Below, in pieces: positions 13,201 to 25,000 of a stretch of 64,000 nt of DNA. A program made the translations under genes and the position numbers. Source of the stretch: Callorhinchus milii (Eukaryota). Location of the stretch: NCBI RefSeq assembly GCF_018977255.1, contig NW_024704743.1:83020001-83084000 (forward strand). The letters are read 5' to 3'. Every line of letters starts with the position of its first letter. Position 1 is the first letter of the stretch. The notes beneath the pieces were generated by a model that had not been told where the DNA came from, did no database searches, and worked only from the letters and a program-made list of their open reading frames with translations.

Positions 13201-13330
13201 TCAGTCTCCATCTGGTTCATGTGTCTGCTTCCAAGAGTTTATCTTCACTGATATGTGTCACAATTCCCCTCTTCCTTGTTGACATTATACCCCTCGATTG
13301 TTCACCCATAGTTTAAAATCTCTGAGAAAG
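7290..13330 (-). pseudogene. Unidentified decayed coding-like segment (interrupted by the SINE at 10547-10840)
   Basis: Sustained purine/A-rich - strand with protein-like frames broken by stops and frameshifts, and internal repeats. No family recognised. Confidence 0.3.
10547..10840 (-). mobile_element. Full-length tRNA-derived SINE, short-body subfamily, with L2-type tail
   Basis: tRNA head TGGAGTCCTGTAGCTTAGTGGTTAGAGC...GAGTTCAATTCC with A and B boxes; tail gggacgtcttcccgacgtgaaaagcgcta ending in (ATT)n. Closely similar to the copy at 52690. Confidence 0.9.
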
Positions 13331-13489
13331 TAAAGCATTGTCTCTAGCTAAAAAACATTATGGAAATCCAAAGCAGAGGTTGATGTTAGACCGCCAGCTA
13401 GGATTGATGAACTGAAGAACAAACTAAGATTCTGTCCCAGATGAGTGTGGATCACTATCCACTGAGAAAGTATTGGGAACAGGCAGTGA

Positions 13490-13760
13490 AGCATTACAGC
13501 CTGTTTATGTTAATATTCACTGGCTCCCCATCCTCCAGGGGATCATGTTTAATATCCTCGTCTTCACTTTTAAAGCTCTCCACAGTCTCACACCTACCTA
13601 CCTTTTTGACCTACATAAACCTTACTAACCTGCCTGCTCCCTCTGCTCAGCAGGCACTAACCTGCTCCACATGTCCCACTTTCCCTGCCCTACCATCAGC
13701 AGTCGGACCTTTCTGCCCCCACCCTCCTGTACTCCATCCCTTCACCATCCCATCCCTTTA
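13490..13760 (+). mobile_element. Old L2 LINE 3' fragment
   Basis: cactggctccccatc...ttttaaagctctccac matches the L2 ORF2 C-terminal LHWLP...FKALH segment seen in the other copies. Confidence 0.55.
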
Positions 13761-13919
13761 TGCAGAGAAGTTACAGAGTTAACCAGAGCAAGCTACTGTG
13801 CTAGGATTACTAGTAGCTTGTAAGTATATTTCATCCAGCTAGAAAGATTGCACACTTTTTTGTCCTTGGGGAGATGGATAAAGGAGACGTTACAAACATA
13901 CAACTTTGAGGAATATTTA

Positions 13920-15180
13920 AGAGGATGAGGATCTTGAATTCGATCCTCTGGGGGATGGGAAGGATGTGGTCGCAAAACCTGGTGCAGGACAGTACACGAG
14001 ATGCAGAGTTCTGAATGACCTGCAGCTTGTGGAGGGAGGTGCCGGGAAGGCCGGCGAGGAGAGAGTTCCCATAGTCCAGCCTTGAGGTGACAAAGGCGTG
14101 GACCAGAGTTTCAGCAGCGTGAGGGGTGAGGTAGTGCCGTAGTCTGGCGATGTTTCGGAGGTGATGGAAGGTGGTGCCAGTTGTGGCGCGGATATGAGGA
14201 AGAAAGGACAGCTCAGGGTCGAACAGAACGCCGAGGTTCCTGACTGGCTTTGAGAGGTGGAGAGTGCAGCCTTGGATGCTGATGCTGTCAGCGCCTGAGG
14301 TGCGGAGGCGCTGACGTGAGCCAATCAGGAGGGCCTCAGTTTTGCGCACGTTGAGCTGAAGAAAGTTGTCTCTCGTCCAGGACTCGATGTCGGACAGGCA
14401 GGCTGTCAGGACATCGGTGGTCGTGGAGTTGAGGGTAGAGGAGGAAAGGTAGAGTTGGGTGTCATCCGCATACATGTGGAAGTTAACCCCATGTCTGCGG
14501 ATGATGTCACCAAGGAGGGTATAGAGGGTGAAGAGGAGGGGACCGAGGACAGAGCCCTGAGGGACACCGCAGGAGACAGTGCGGGGGCTGGAGGAAAAGC
14601 CGTTTGTGGAAACAAAATGAAGACGGTGGGAGAGGTATGACCTAAACCACTGAAGGACAGGGCCTTGAAGGTTGAGGTGGGAGGACAAGCGGTGGAGGAG
14701 GATAGCGTAGTTGACCGTATCGAATGCTGCCGATAGGTCGAGAAGGCAGAGGGAGCCCTGGTCGCAGATGGTCAAGATGTCATTGGTGACCTTGACCAGG
14801 GCGGTTTCTGTGCTATGGGCAGCACGGAAACCCGACTGAAGGGATTTGAATAATGCATGGGTGGAGAGGAAAGAGTGCAGCTGGGAGGTGACAACTCTTT
14901 CAAGGACCTTGGACAGGAAGGGAAGGTTGGAGATGGGCCGGTAGCTTGATAGCTGCGACGCATCAAGGGAGTGATGGTGGCAGTTTTTAGGGGAATGGGA
15001 ACAGAGCCAGAGGAGAGGGACAGGTTGACGATGTCTGTGATAAGTGGGGCAAGGAGGTGGAGCTGAGAGATAAGGAGTGGAGTTGGGATGGAGTCAAGGG
15101 AGCAGGCGGTGAGTTTCAGGGACAGGATGAGTTTGGTGACAGAGGGTGGGGAAACGGGTTCGAAGGTGTGTAGGGGAGTC
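13920..15180 (-). mobile_element. L2 LINE fragment, reverse transcriptase domain
   Basis: ORF 13831-14775 contains [34 protein letters not shown] and [17 protein letters not shown]. Upstream [16 protein letters not shown] lies in another frame. Confidence 0.92.
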
Positions 15181-17124
15181 CTTCACAGACATTGTAGCCT
15201 AGAATAGAAACAACTGATGAAGGAATGGCTATAGCAGCTTTCACTTTCCTGATGAGGATCACCTACACACCTTATGTTTAACTTTGTCACTCATAAGTTA
15301 TAGGTTTCCTTCACTGGTGAAAAATAAATAGCTATTACACCCTTAAAAATCCTTAACAAATCCCTTCATCTGAGAATAGGCAGGCAATACTTTATCTAGC
15401 AGCAGTGTCACTGAAAGATCAGTAACAGGTCAACAGCATAAAGGAAAGAACATGTGATAACTGACATATCGATTGTTTTTTTCTCCAGCGTTATATTATT
15501 ATGTGTAGCAGTAATAAGATTTCAGACGCCCAAAGTTTTTCAAGGTCTTTGCCTTAAAGCCTTTGCTTCATTGTTTAATTTCACACCAAATTTTCCCAAA
15601 TTCTCCAGAATGTTAGCATTTTCAAATGACAGTTGTAAGTCTAGGTGCATAAGAAATTTCCCAAACTCTGAATTGCTGCTGTGGTTTGAGCAGATGAACA
15701 CTGAAGTGAAAACGTTTAGATCAATGTGCAGTCTGACAACCCAGGGTTTTGAGCAAAATCCTATTCAAAGTTGAGGAAGTGGAAGAGGTTGAGGAACATC
15801 TGAGGCCTAAATCAGATATTTGACACACTGATGCTGTTTGCATGGTTTAAATGCTTTCATTTGTGAAATCGATCATAATCTTTATCAAAATGGTACACAT
15901 GTCAACTGCTGAGCAGCTGCATCAATTCATCTGAAAAATAATGGAAGAACCAGAGCATTAAATAATTTGTCCAAAGGTATAATTTTAAAGCAGCGTCAGC
16001 TGAATAATTCTGTTATTTATTTAATGAATTCCAATATGTAAATTGCCTTGAGGGAGGTAAGTAAAGGAGAGCAACTTGAAAAAAATCTAAAACGGTAGTT
16101 TTTACATGCTATGCTCGTGTTGTGGTGATGTATTTATGAACCCAATGGACAAATGTGGATTTCTGCAGAAACACAAAATCCACAATGGAAACATGTAGCA
16201 TTTATTATACCACCCAAAATATCAGGAATTGAATGTATTTTTTTTTAAAAACCCAGTTTGTGTGCAATCCGAATGGTATCTCTATTAGTAATAGCTTCAG
16301 TGGTAGGATACAGTGAGCTCACATTTGTGTGGAAAATATCCCACCAATTAAGTGCTATTGTATTCCAAGTTGCCAAGACACAGCCATGTACGTTCCGTGG
16401 AGCGTTACTGCATCCGTTCCAGTTAGGTTGTGGAAGTGACGTCAATAAAGATACAGTGAAGGATTTGCTGAAGCGATGACTGGTGATAATTACCTGTGCA
16501 TTTTCTTAGTGGTATCATTCTTCTATTGTCAAGAGCCAAGTGTCCAGCCATTAATCATAAAAATAGAAGGTGACTAAATTAGACTTAACAAATGAGCCAT
16601 CCCTCCACTTGTGTCAACAAATCAATACTATTTTGATAGCGTGTTGCTTTAAAAAGGCATAGTGACATTTTCATGGAGTGCTGTATTATGTGATCTTTGT
16701 TTACCAACTGCAGTGGTTGTAAAAGTCGCAAGTTAAATGCTGAACCTGGTCCATTGAAGTAAAAATCACATCTTTCACACCACCACCAAGTACAACACTG
16801 TATTCTCTATCTGACACTAGTGGTATGTGTTTTACTGTTTTATTTTTATTGGTCAATGATTTGTAGTTGTGAGGATTGGGTGCCGGAAGCAGGAGTAAAC
16901 CATATGGGGATGAACTACATCAATGGGACCTCATAGATGCTTAATGATAATAAGTGATCTTCCAGCTCTATATAGCAACAAAAACAACTTGCATTTATAA
17001 AGTGCCCTTCACGCTGGACAGTGTCCCTGAGCACTTAAGTACCTTACTTACACAGTGAATTTACCTCTTAAGGATTCAGAGCCTTCCTTTGGGACTGTTC
17101 AGATGGTCTTTCTCAGCCCTGTAC

Positions 17125-17670
17125 AGCAACAAATTGCATTTGTACAGCACCTTTCACGTTGGGAGGACGTCTCAAGGTGCTGGACAGTTGAAGGTTTGCA
17201 CTCAAACTAGGAGTAGATTCAGGAGGGGTGGGATCCAAAGGGGTATGGGTGGGAGGAAGACCGAAGAAGTGGTCAAAGAGGAAGGTATTGAGACAAACCT
17301 TATCAGAGCAGAGGGGTGAGGTGAAGGGACTCCAAGATGGAGTTTCAGATAGTGGGGGCAGAAATGCTAAAGGACTGACCACTAATAATGGGGGAAGCAG
17401 AGTGGGAGAACGAACCAGGTCAGTGACTGCTGAGTGGAGGGAGCGGGTGGGTTAGTAGGGTTTTCGAGAGTCAGAGTGAGGCAAGACCATGGAGGGCTTT
17501 AAAAGTGAGGACAAGGATCTTTAACTCAATTCTCTGGGGGAAAAGGAGCCAGTGGAGCCGGGTAAGGATGGGGATGTTATGCCCATGGAGCCTGATGCAG
17601 GAGAGGATATGAGATGTAGAGTACTGGATGGTCTGCATCTTAGGGAGGGAAGACTTAGAAAGTCCAGCAA
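17125..17670 (-). mobile_element. L2 LINE 3' end
   Basis: (TTG)n-type tail with gacgtcctcccaacgtgaaagg, plus degenerate ORF2 C-terminus (KILSLTFKALHGL-like). Confidence 0.8.
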
Positions 17671-18363
17671 GCAGAGAGTTGTCATTCCTACGTTCCCAAG
17701 ATTCATTATCTGATCGTACTCTTAGGTTTCGGCTATTCTTTATTTAGTCAAAAATGTATGGGGATGACTTTCTCCGATATTTTGGAACCATTTAAGATGT
17801 TATGCTACATGTTACCGTATTTAGATTCAAGATTAACTGTAAATCCTACATTACTTGGACTAAATATTCTCTGTGTCTATGAGCCAAATTTAACTTCACT
17901 GGCACAAATGGATGAACATTTAAATGCTATCTCATTTGGGTATGCACTGTCAATGACTTAAAATGCTAACTTGATGGAAAGGAATGACAACTTACTACAG
18001 CACTTCCCTTTCTCTCTCCTCCCCATTTGATGTATATAGGAGCAGTACGCATTACATCAAGACGCGAAGAGATTTTCATTCTGCTATTTAGTGCATGAGG
18101 GTGCATAATGCTAGGACATTGGACTCATTTTAGAGCCTATTTGATGGTCATGGGAAGAAAGTAGGACAGGTTCTATGGTTGTACGGGTGTTGTGCAAAGA
18201 TGAAATTAATTGAACCAAAAAACCTTTTTCACCCATCCATACCTCTGTTGTGATCTTGCAAACTGATCTTTGATGTTCATCTCTTATACTCCGAGATGCT
18301 ACCTCTGTGAAGGGCGCTATGTAAATGCTTTTTGTCGTTATTGTTGTTGCCACCAGTAAACTG

Positions 18364-18924
18364 TGGAGTCCTGTAGCTCAGTGGTTAGAGCACTCGCCTC
18401 GCAAGCGAGAGACCTGGGTTCGATTCTTGGCAGAGCGAAACATTGGGCTTCAAGTTTCCTTACTCCACATGCCTCTGTTTACCTAGCAGTACAACAACAA
18501 CAACAACAACAAGATTCCATTTATTGAGCGCCTTTCACGTCGGAAGGACATCCCAAGGCACTGTACAGTTGGGTCAGGACCCGAGCATTGGGGGGGAAAT
18601 GGTCAGGGTGAGGGGAGGGAGCGAGGAGGGGGTAGAGAGTCGAGAGGAGAGCTGAAGGCACGGTCAAAGAGAACCCGTAGGAACCCGTAAGTAGGAACTC
18701 GGTTGTTAGTCGATTGGCGGATCGCTTTTCCAGGGGTAATGCCTTCAAAAAAACTAATAATAATAAATTGGTCGCTCAATCCACGACTGTTTGTGGGACA
18801 CTGCTGTGCGCAATTGGCTTCCGCGTTTCACCCATAAAATTTATAGTCAATTAAGTTTACAGTATATTCTGTAAAGCACTTTGAGACATCTCAAAGACAT
18901 GCTACGGCGCTATATAAAAAAAAG
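18364..18924 (+). mobile_element. tRNA-derived SINE, long-body subfamily, interrupted by an antisense L2 3' fragment at about 18492-18687
   Basis: The SINE sequence ...tttacctagcagta|agtaggaac..., contiguous in the copy at 20210, is split here by (CAA)n-gattccatttattgagcgcctttcacgtcgg... . Confidence 0.88.
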
Positions 18925-19063
18925 ATAAGAAATTCCATTTGATTAACCTTTGTGATTGGGAAGTACTTCTCCTACAAATGATCCCAGCAAGTTTAAATCC
19001 TGAGGCAGTTTTGTTGCGACCCCCTCCCCCATCTCACTGTCTCTCTTTCTCTCACTGCTTTTG

Positions 19064-19466
19064 TGGAGTCCTGTAGCTCAGCGATTAGAGCACTCACCTC
19101 ACAAGCAAGAGGACCTGGGTTTGATTTCCGATTGGGTCAGGTCAGGTCGAAACCTTAGGCAAGTTTCCTTAATCCAGACACACGCATACCTCTGTTTACC
19201 TAGCTGTTAGTAGGAAACCAGTTGTTAGTCGATTGGTGGATCGCTTTTCCGGGGGTAATAATTCCTTCAAAAAATAATAATAATAATAAATTGGTCACTT
19301 CAATCCATACTGTTTTTGGGGCACTGCTGCGCACAATTGGCTGCCACGTTTCGCCCACAAACCACACAGTCACTACACTTTACAGAGTATACTGTGAAGC
19401 GTTTGGAGACATCTCGAAGACGTGATAAGGCGCTATATCAAATGCAAGGATTATTATTATTATTAT
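19064..19466 (+). mobile_element. Full-length tRNA-derived SINE, long-body subfamily
   Basis: tRNA head, gttgttagtcgattggtggatcgc body, Deu-like gcacaattggctgccacgtttcgccc, and (ATT)n tail. Confidence 0.9.
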
Positions 19467-20209
19467 CATTCCCAGTGACTTGTGCTCCTTCCAAATGCCC
19501 AGTGATAGCATGAGATTGAAATCTAGTACTGCGTATACTAATGTACTCTCCTGTGACATTGTGTTCCTGACATGGAAAATATAATTTTGATGGTTGTGTC
19601 AGCCAGAAGCGAGAATAAGATGGCTGTTACTGAAAGACTTACCTCATCTGGCAAGAGCTCAGAGCAATATTTAGACCACATCCCAAACTCCTCCCCATGG
19701 GGAGTCTTAAATTCAATTTGGCTCCAGAAATCATCATATCCTCTTTCTTTCCTGCTCCACATAAATTTGAAATGGAATGCAAATTCCACATGGATGGAAT
19801 TTAGTTTGCAGTTCGCAAGAAAGTTGGCAGAAAATTCACCTCATTGTTCGTGGAGGCAAACCCATCAATAAACTGTGGTTAGGGCGATGTATTCTGTGTT
19901 GCCCATTCTGCCAGGGAGAGATTTTAGCCATGTGGGATTGAATGTGTTTATACTGTATGATTTGATAGCATTTTGCTATCAAAAGAACAGTATAAACCTG
20001 AGCTCAAACATTGGCTATTGTGCTAGGGCCCTACTCTGGACAGAACCTGGAGGAGGTCATTGAAAGAGCAGTGCCATTCACAGAAATATAAAAGGGTTTA
20101 GAAAATAGGCAGGAGAACAAGACAAAAATGCAGAGCTGTTTCAGAGATCCAGCACTGGCACGATGGGCTGAATGGCCTCATCCTTTGCTATAAAGTTGCT
20201 ATAAATTTG

Positions 20210-20559
20210 TGGAGTCCTGTAGCTCAGTGGTTAGAGCACTCGCCTCACAAGCGAGAGACCTGGCAGGGCGAAAGTTTCCTTACTCCACACACCTCTGTTT
20301 ACCTAGCAGTAAGTAGGAACCCAATTGTTAGTCGATTGGTGGATCACTTTTCCTGGGGTAATAATTCCTTCAAAAAAAATCATAAATTTGTCACTCAGTC
20401 CACGACTGTTTGTGGGACACTGCTGTGCACAATTGGCTGCTGCGTTTCGCCCACAAAATATACAATCAATTCAATTTACAGTATATTCTGTGAAACGCTT
20501 TGAGATGTCACGAAGACGTGATAAGATGCTGTATCAAATGCAAGGATTATTATCATTAT
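20210..20559 (+). mobile_element. tRNA-derived SINE, long-body subfamily, with B box deleted
   Basis: Same head, body and tail as 19064, but the head jumps from gagacctgg to cagggcg and loses the GTTCGA B box. Confidence 0.88.
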
Positions 20560-21759
20560 AAGTTGCTATGGTTCTACACCCACCAATATAACTGCAGTCG
20601 AGATAAGTAGCACTGGGCTTACTCCGTTAGCTCTGTTCAAACCTCCTGGGACATCCCACAGGGACATTATTAACCAGATAGTTTTTAACATTATTAAAGA
20701 GCTGAACACACACCTGACTTTTCAACAGTATTAAAATAGTGCACAATTTCATCATTCCAGGCTCGTGGTGAGTACTGAACGACGAAAGTGGGTGTTGCTG
20801 TTCTCAGCGATGATTTGCTACGTTATGAAGCGGGAAATATAAATCGAGCATTCCGCTCCACGTTACTGTGCTGTCGGCAGCAAAGCAACTTCTCTTCTGG
20901 CAAAGTAAACTCAGCACAAACAGCAACCATTATATGGCTAGTTTCCTGAATGTTACATTAGTGGACATTTCCAATGTGGCCACATGGAGCAATCCCAAGT
21001 CATTTATCAAATGGATCTGGCTGCAAAGTGTCTGCTGTTTTGCAGATCTATGTGTTAGCTTCTACCTTGGATCTGAAATTTATAGATTCTCCCCCTAACT
21101 TGGCAGAATGACTTGTGTATCTTGTACATAACAAATGAGGAAGCTGGATTACTTGCTTCTGGATATAGTAATCCTCATTTTCATACTTCGTTTATGCTGC
21201 TGGAGCCACTTGAAATTCTTTCCAGCAATAAAACAAGTCAGAGCAGCGAACAGCATGTATATTTTCCTAACAAAGAGGAATCACAAACCAACACTGAACG
21301 GCAATTCAGTTTTAACATTAAATATAGAGTCCAGCATGCAACCAGCTCTCTAATAATATTTATAATATCCCTTAAAATGTTCTTCAGCAGAAGTTATCAG
21401 TATATGGATACCCTCTGCCCGGCTCACGCATCACTTTGTTAGAGTGCCTGGCTGAGGCATAGGACCAATCCATCCTTTCAAATATAGAAGGAATAATGTG
21501 GCGGGAGGGAGGGGGAAATTTCTGTAGGTGTTTTTCTCTTCTTTTGCTTCCCCTTCTTTGTTCTTGCTCTCTGTTTCCTTCTTTTCTTTCACTCTCTCTT
21601 CAGATGTCAATTCATTTACTCACACACAAACTGTTAAGAGNTTTTTTTTCAATTCCCTCCCCTCTGTCAAATAATAGAAACAAACCATGGCGCGAATTAA
21701 GTGACCTGATTTTTAGCTTCACCTACTACTATTTCAGTAAAGGCAAACAACTTTGAACT

Positions 21760-22012
21760 CAGAGTTAAAACTGACACCTCAATATACTGACTGCATTGTG
21801 TGGAGGTGTCATCCTTCAGAGGAGATTTTACACCGAGGTTCCAACTGTTTGTAGTTAATTGCTGTGAGCAAATTGTCTGCCACGTTTGGCCTACAAATAC
21901 GCAATCATTACACTTTTTGGCCTACAAATACGCAATCATTACACTTCATCATATATTCCGTGAGGTCCTCCCGAGGTCAAAGGTGCAATGTCAAAAGCAA
22001 GGATTATTTAAA
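21760..22012 (+). mobile_element. Degenerate Deu-type SINE with a 31-bp internal tandem duplication
   Basis: tttggcctacaaatacgcaatcattacactt is repeated at 21885-21915 and 21916-21946; tail ends gcaaggattatt. Confidence 0.65.
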
Positions 22013-25000
22013 TAAAAACAAATCTAATGACATTCTCTGCAATGCTTTGATGTCATTGTGATGCTTACGGTATGAAGTCATAATGTCTGTGCATATTAGG
22101 AACATCATTTAAAACAGGCAGACTCTGAGGTTCAGAGTCTGTGTAAATCATTTCAATCGTATTCTGTGGACTACCAGAGCCATAATGTAAAATGGTATCA
22201 GAAAGGCAGTGTTTTGGTATGAGTTTTGTTAGATGTAGAATGTCATATTTGCGTTTTTGCTGACTTGAGGGATCTCAGCATGTGCAAGACTTTCTAGAAT
22301 ATAGCAACATTTTAAATGATTACCTGGCGCTAGATGAAGCTGGGTTTATTTCAAAAATTCGCATTGCAAAATTTTAATATTTGTTTATCTGTGATCACTT
22401 TATCTTAACCCACAAAGCATTTTGCTGAATTTGTGCAGCAGCAATATTGTCGAAAACCTTTGTGTTAGATTTAAAATGCACATATAAAAGAGAAATTAGC
22501 ACAAGCATTTTGTGCTAAAATATGTGCATCATCACTGTGTATTTGCCACCTTTCACTATGTTTGTGCGTTGATACTGTCAGTGCTTGAATTTCTTTTTCA
22601 ACAAATACTAAAACCAAGCTAGATTCACAGAATATATGGGAAATTAAGCATTAGTCTTGGATGGTTACAATGAGACCCTGAGATCAACTTTAAGGTATTT
22701 CTAATGGAAATTTTTAATATAGAAATTTGTGAATGAGTTTTTTCAGATAGTTAGCTATCTGAAGTTAGCTCTGAAAAAATAGTTTGAGTTTGACATGGTG
22801 TAAGTTGGCATCTTAGGCTCACAGATTTCCTAAATAATATTTGTTGAGAATTACTGTAACGTATCCTCCCCTCTCTAACATTTAAGATTGGAAGGTTAAT
22901 TATATACAATACAAAATTACATTTGTATAGCGCCTTTCATGTCGGGAGGATGTGCCAAGGTGCTGGACCATCATGTATTTATATTATAAATAATCAAAGT
23001 AATTTTCTTTTAAGCTTTTCAGATCAAGCTTTGGCCCAGACCAAGTTTTCAACAAAGCAGAAAGGGCAGCAGGCAGTATTCAAGGACCTTATTTTTCCCC
23101 TTTACCAAACAGTGGTTCTAAAGTTCAGAAGTCCATGCAGATCCTACCATTGGAACAATTCAGTTCCCTGCTCAATCGCTGGATGAACCTTCAAACACTT
23201 AGACTCCTCCCTCTGGAAAACTTCCTAAATTCCTCCATCTCGTCTCTCTCGTAGGTTTCATTGACTACAGTGTTGGCACCTCCCACCCCTCCTCCCACCC
23301 CCTCCATGTTCGATACCCATTCAAGTCTTCATAAAGCACTTTGAGACATTCTGTAAAAGGCATTGTATCGTATTTTCACAGCTTTTCTATAACTGAATAG
23401 AAAGTTCATTGATGTTTTCCAGCTGTATTTTTTTATGGTTGGAAGAGGGTTTTGTCTGCCCCAGCAAGGAAAGTCATCTTTTGTGATCCTGAGATCTCTT
23501 GAACCTTAGAAACAACTGGCTGCACGTTTACCTACAAAACACATGGTCACTTCACTTTACAGCAAATCCTGTGTAGCTCTTTGAGAATTCCTCACAATAT
23601 GAAAGGCCCTATGTCAAATATTATATCTACCAGTACATTTGTACACTTAACCCCTGTCTACAGATCAGTAATAACCAGTTTACAACAGAAGCAACAGGCC
23701 TGTAACAAATACCTGCTAAAAAGCTAACAAATTCTGTGTTGTTTGTTGAATCATGAAATCTACTGTTTCTTTTTACATAGTATCCAAATGTTCTTGGTGC
23801 ATGTGCACAGAACCTTTCTGTGAGGAATGCATTGGAAGATACTAAAAATACGTTGTTTCATGTCTCTTTTCCCCTGCGGTAGATTATTTGACTCCTAAGC
23901 CAAGACTCGTGTTACTGTAATCCTAGCCTTCATTGATGTTGTGATTGCCTTGCCCTCGTTGCGTACATTTTATCAGTTCTTGATCAGATTGCTGGATGGA
24001 GGTTTGCACTTTGACTGACAGACTCAGCCTATCTTACAGAAAGCTTGGCCTCTTGTCAACCAATTGTGAAGTACCAGTGACAGTAACCATGGAGCTGTGC
24101 ACCATCCAGGTCTCTTGCCTGAAGGAGGATGCTTGATGGCAAGAAGGTTCAGTGTTGATGGACCCAATAAAAAAAATCAGCATCTGGTTGGCGAATAGGG
24201 TTCAATCAATAAGGCATTTCTCAAAATCAGCAAGATTACAAGTTGTCTTTTTCTTCGTGTCTTCCACACACACACACACATATTTCTTTACCAGCATTAT
24301 TTCACTAATAACCATGCTCGTAACTTCTATCAGAGTAATCTTGTTAGAAAAGCCGGAAGGATCAGAACATCATGGCTCCTGAATAGATAGAATGCTGTGC
24401 TTTCTTGCCTCTCACCCGACTGAAGTCGGCAGATTCATGTGACAGGCAACCCTGGGGCTCAACCTGTGACCTTCTGGTTGGGAGGCAAGCGGTGTCTACC
24501 ACTTGCATTACCAGTCCACAGAGTAATCCTCTTTAAAGCCAATGTCATCAAAGCTAGTTTTAATAAGCTAAGCTTTGATGCAGATCTACTGAAATGTTGT
24601 GGTTAGGCACAATTATTATGTGGTTGAGAGGTTGTTTACAGAAAAAAAATCTTTATATAGTATTCAGTATTCTTAACACTGTTGAAATCCTGACCTTGGT
24701 TTGTAGCTGTAATATGCATTTTTGTTAACCTATCAAAAAATTGTGCGTTTTTCCCTTAATTTTTCTTTGTGGAAAGAAATTAGTTTTTTTTCCAAACTCT
24801 CATCTTTCTTAGTTGAATTGTGACATTGCAAGTAGAAGATAACAGTCAGATAAGTTTACTCGAAAAGTCATTCCACATGTATCTGAATAAATATCTTCTT
24901 TGGCCCCTATTAACCATAATTTAAAAATGCGCTCAGTTTCCTAGCTATATTGACGAAAGCTTATAGTTGTGATTTAACCAGCAGCCTGGCAAACAAAGTA

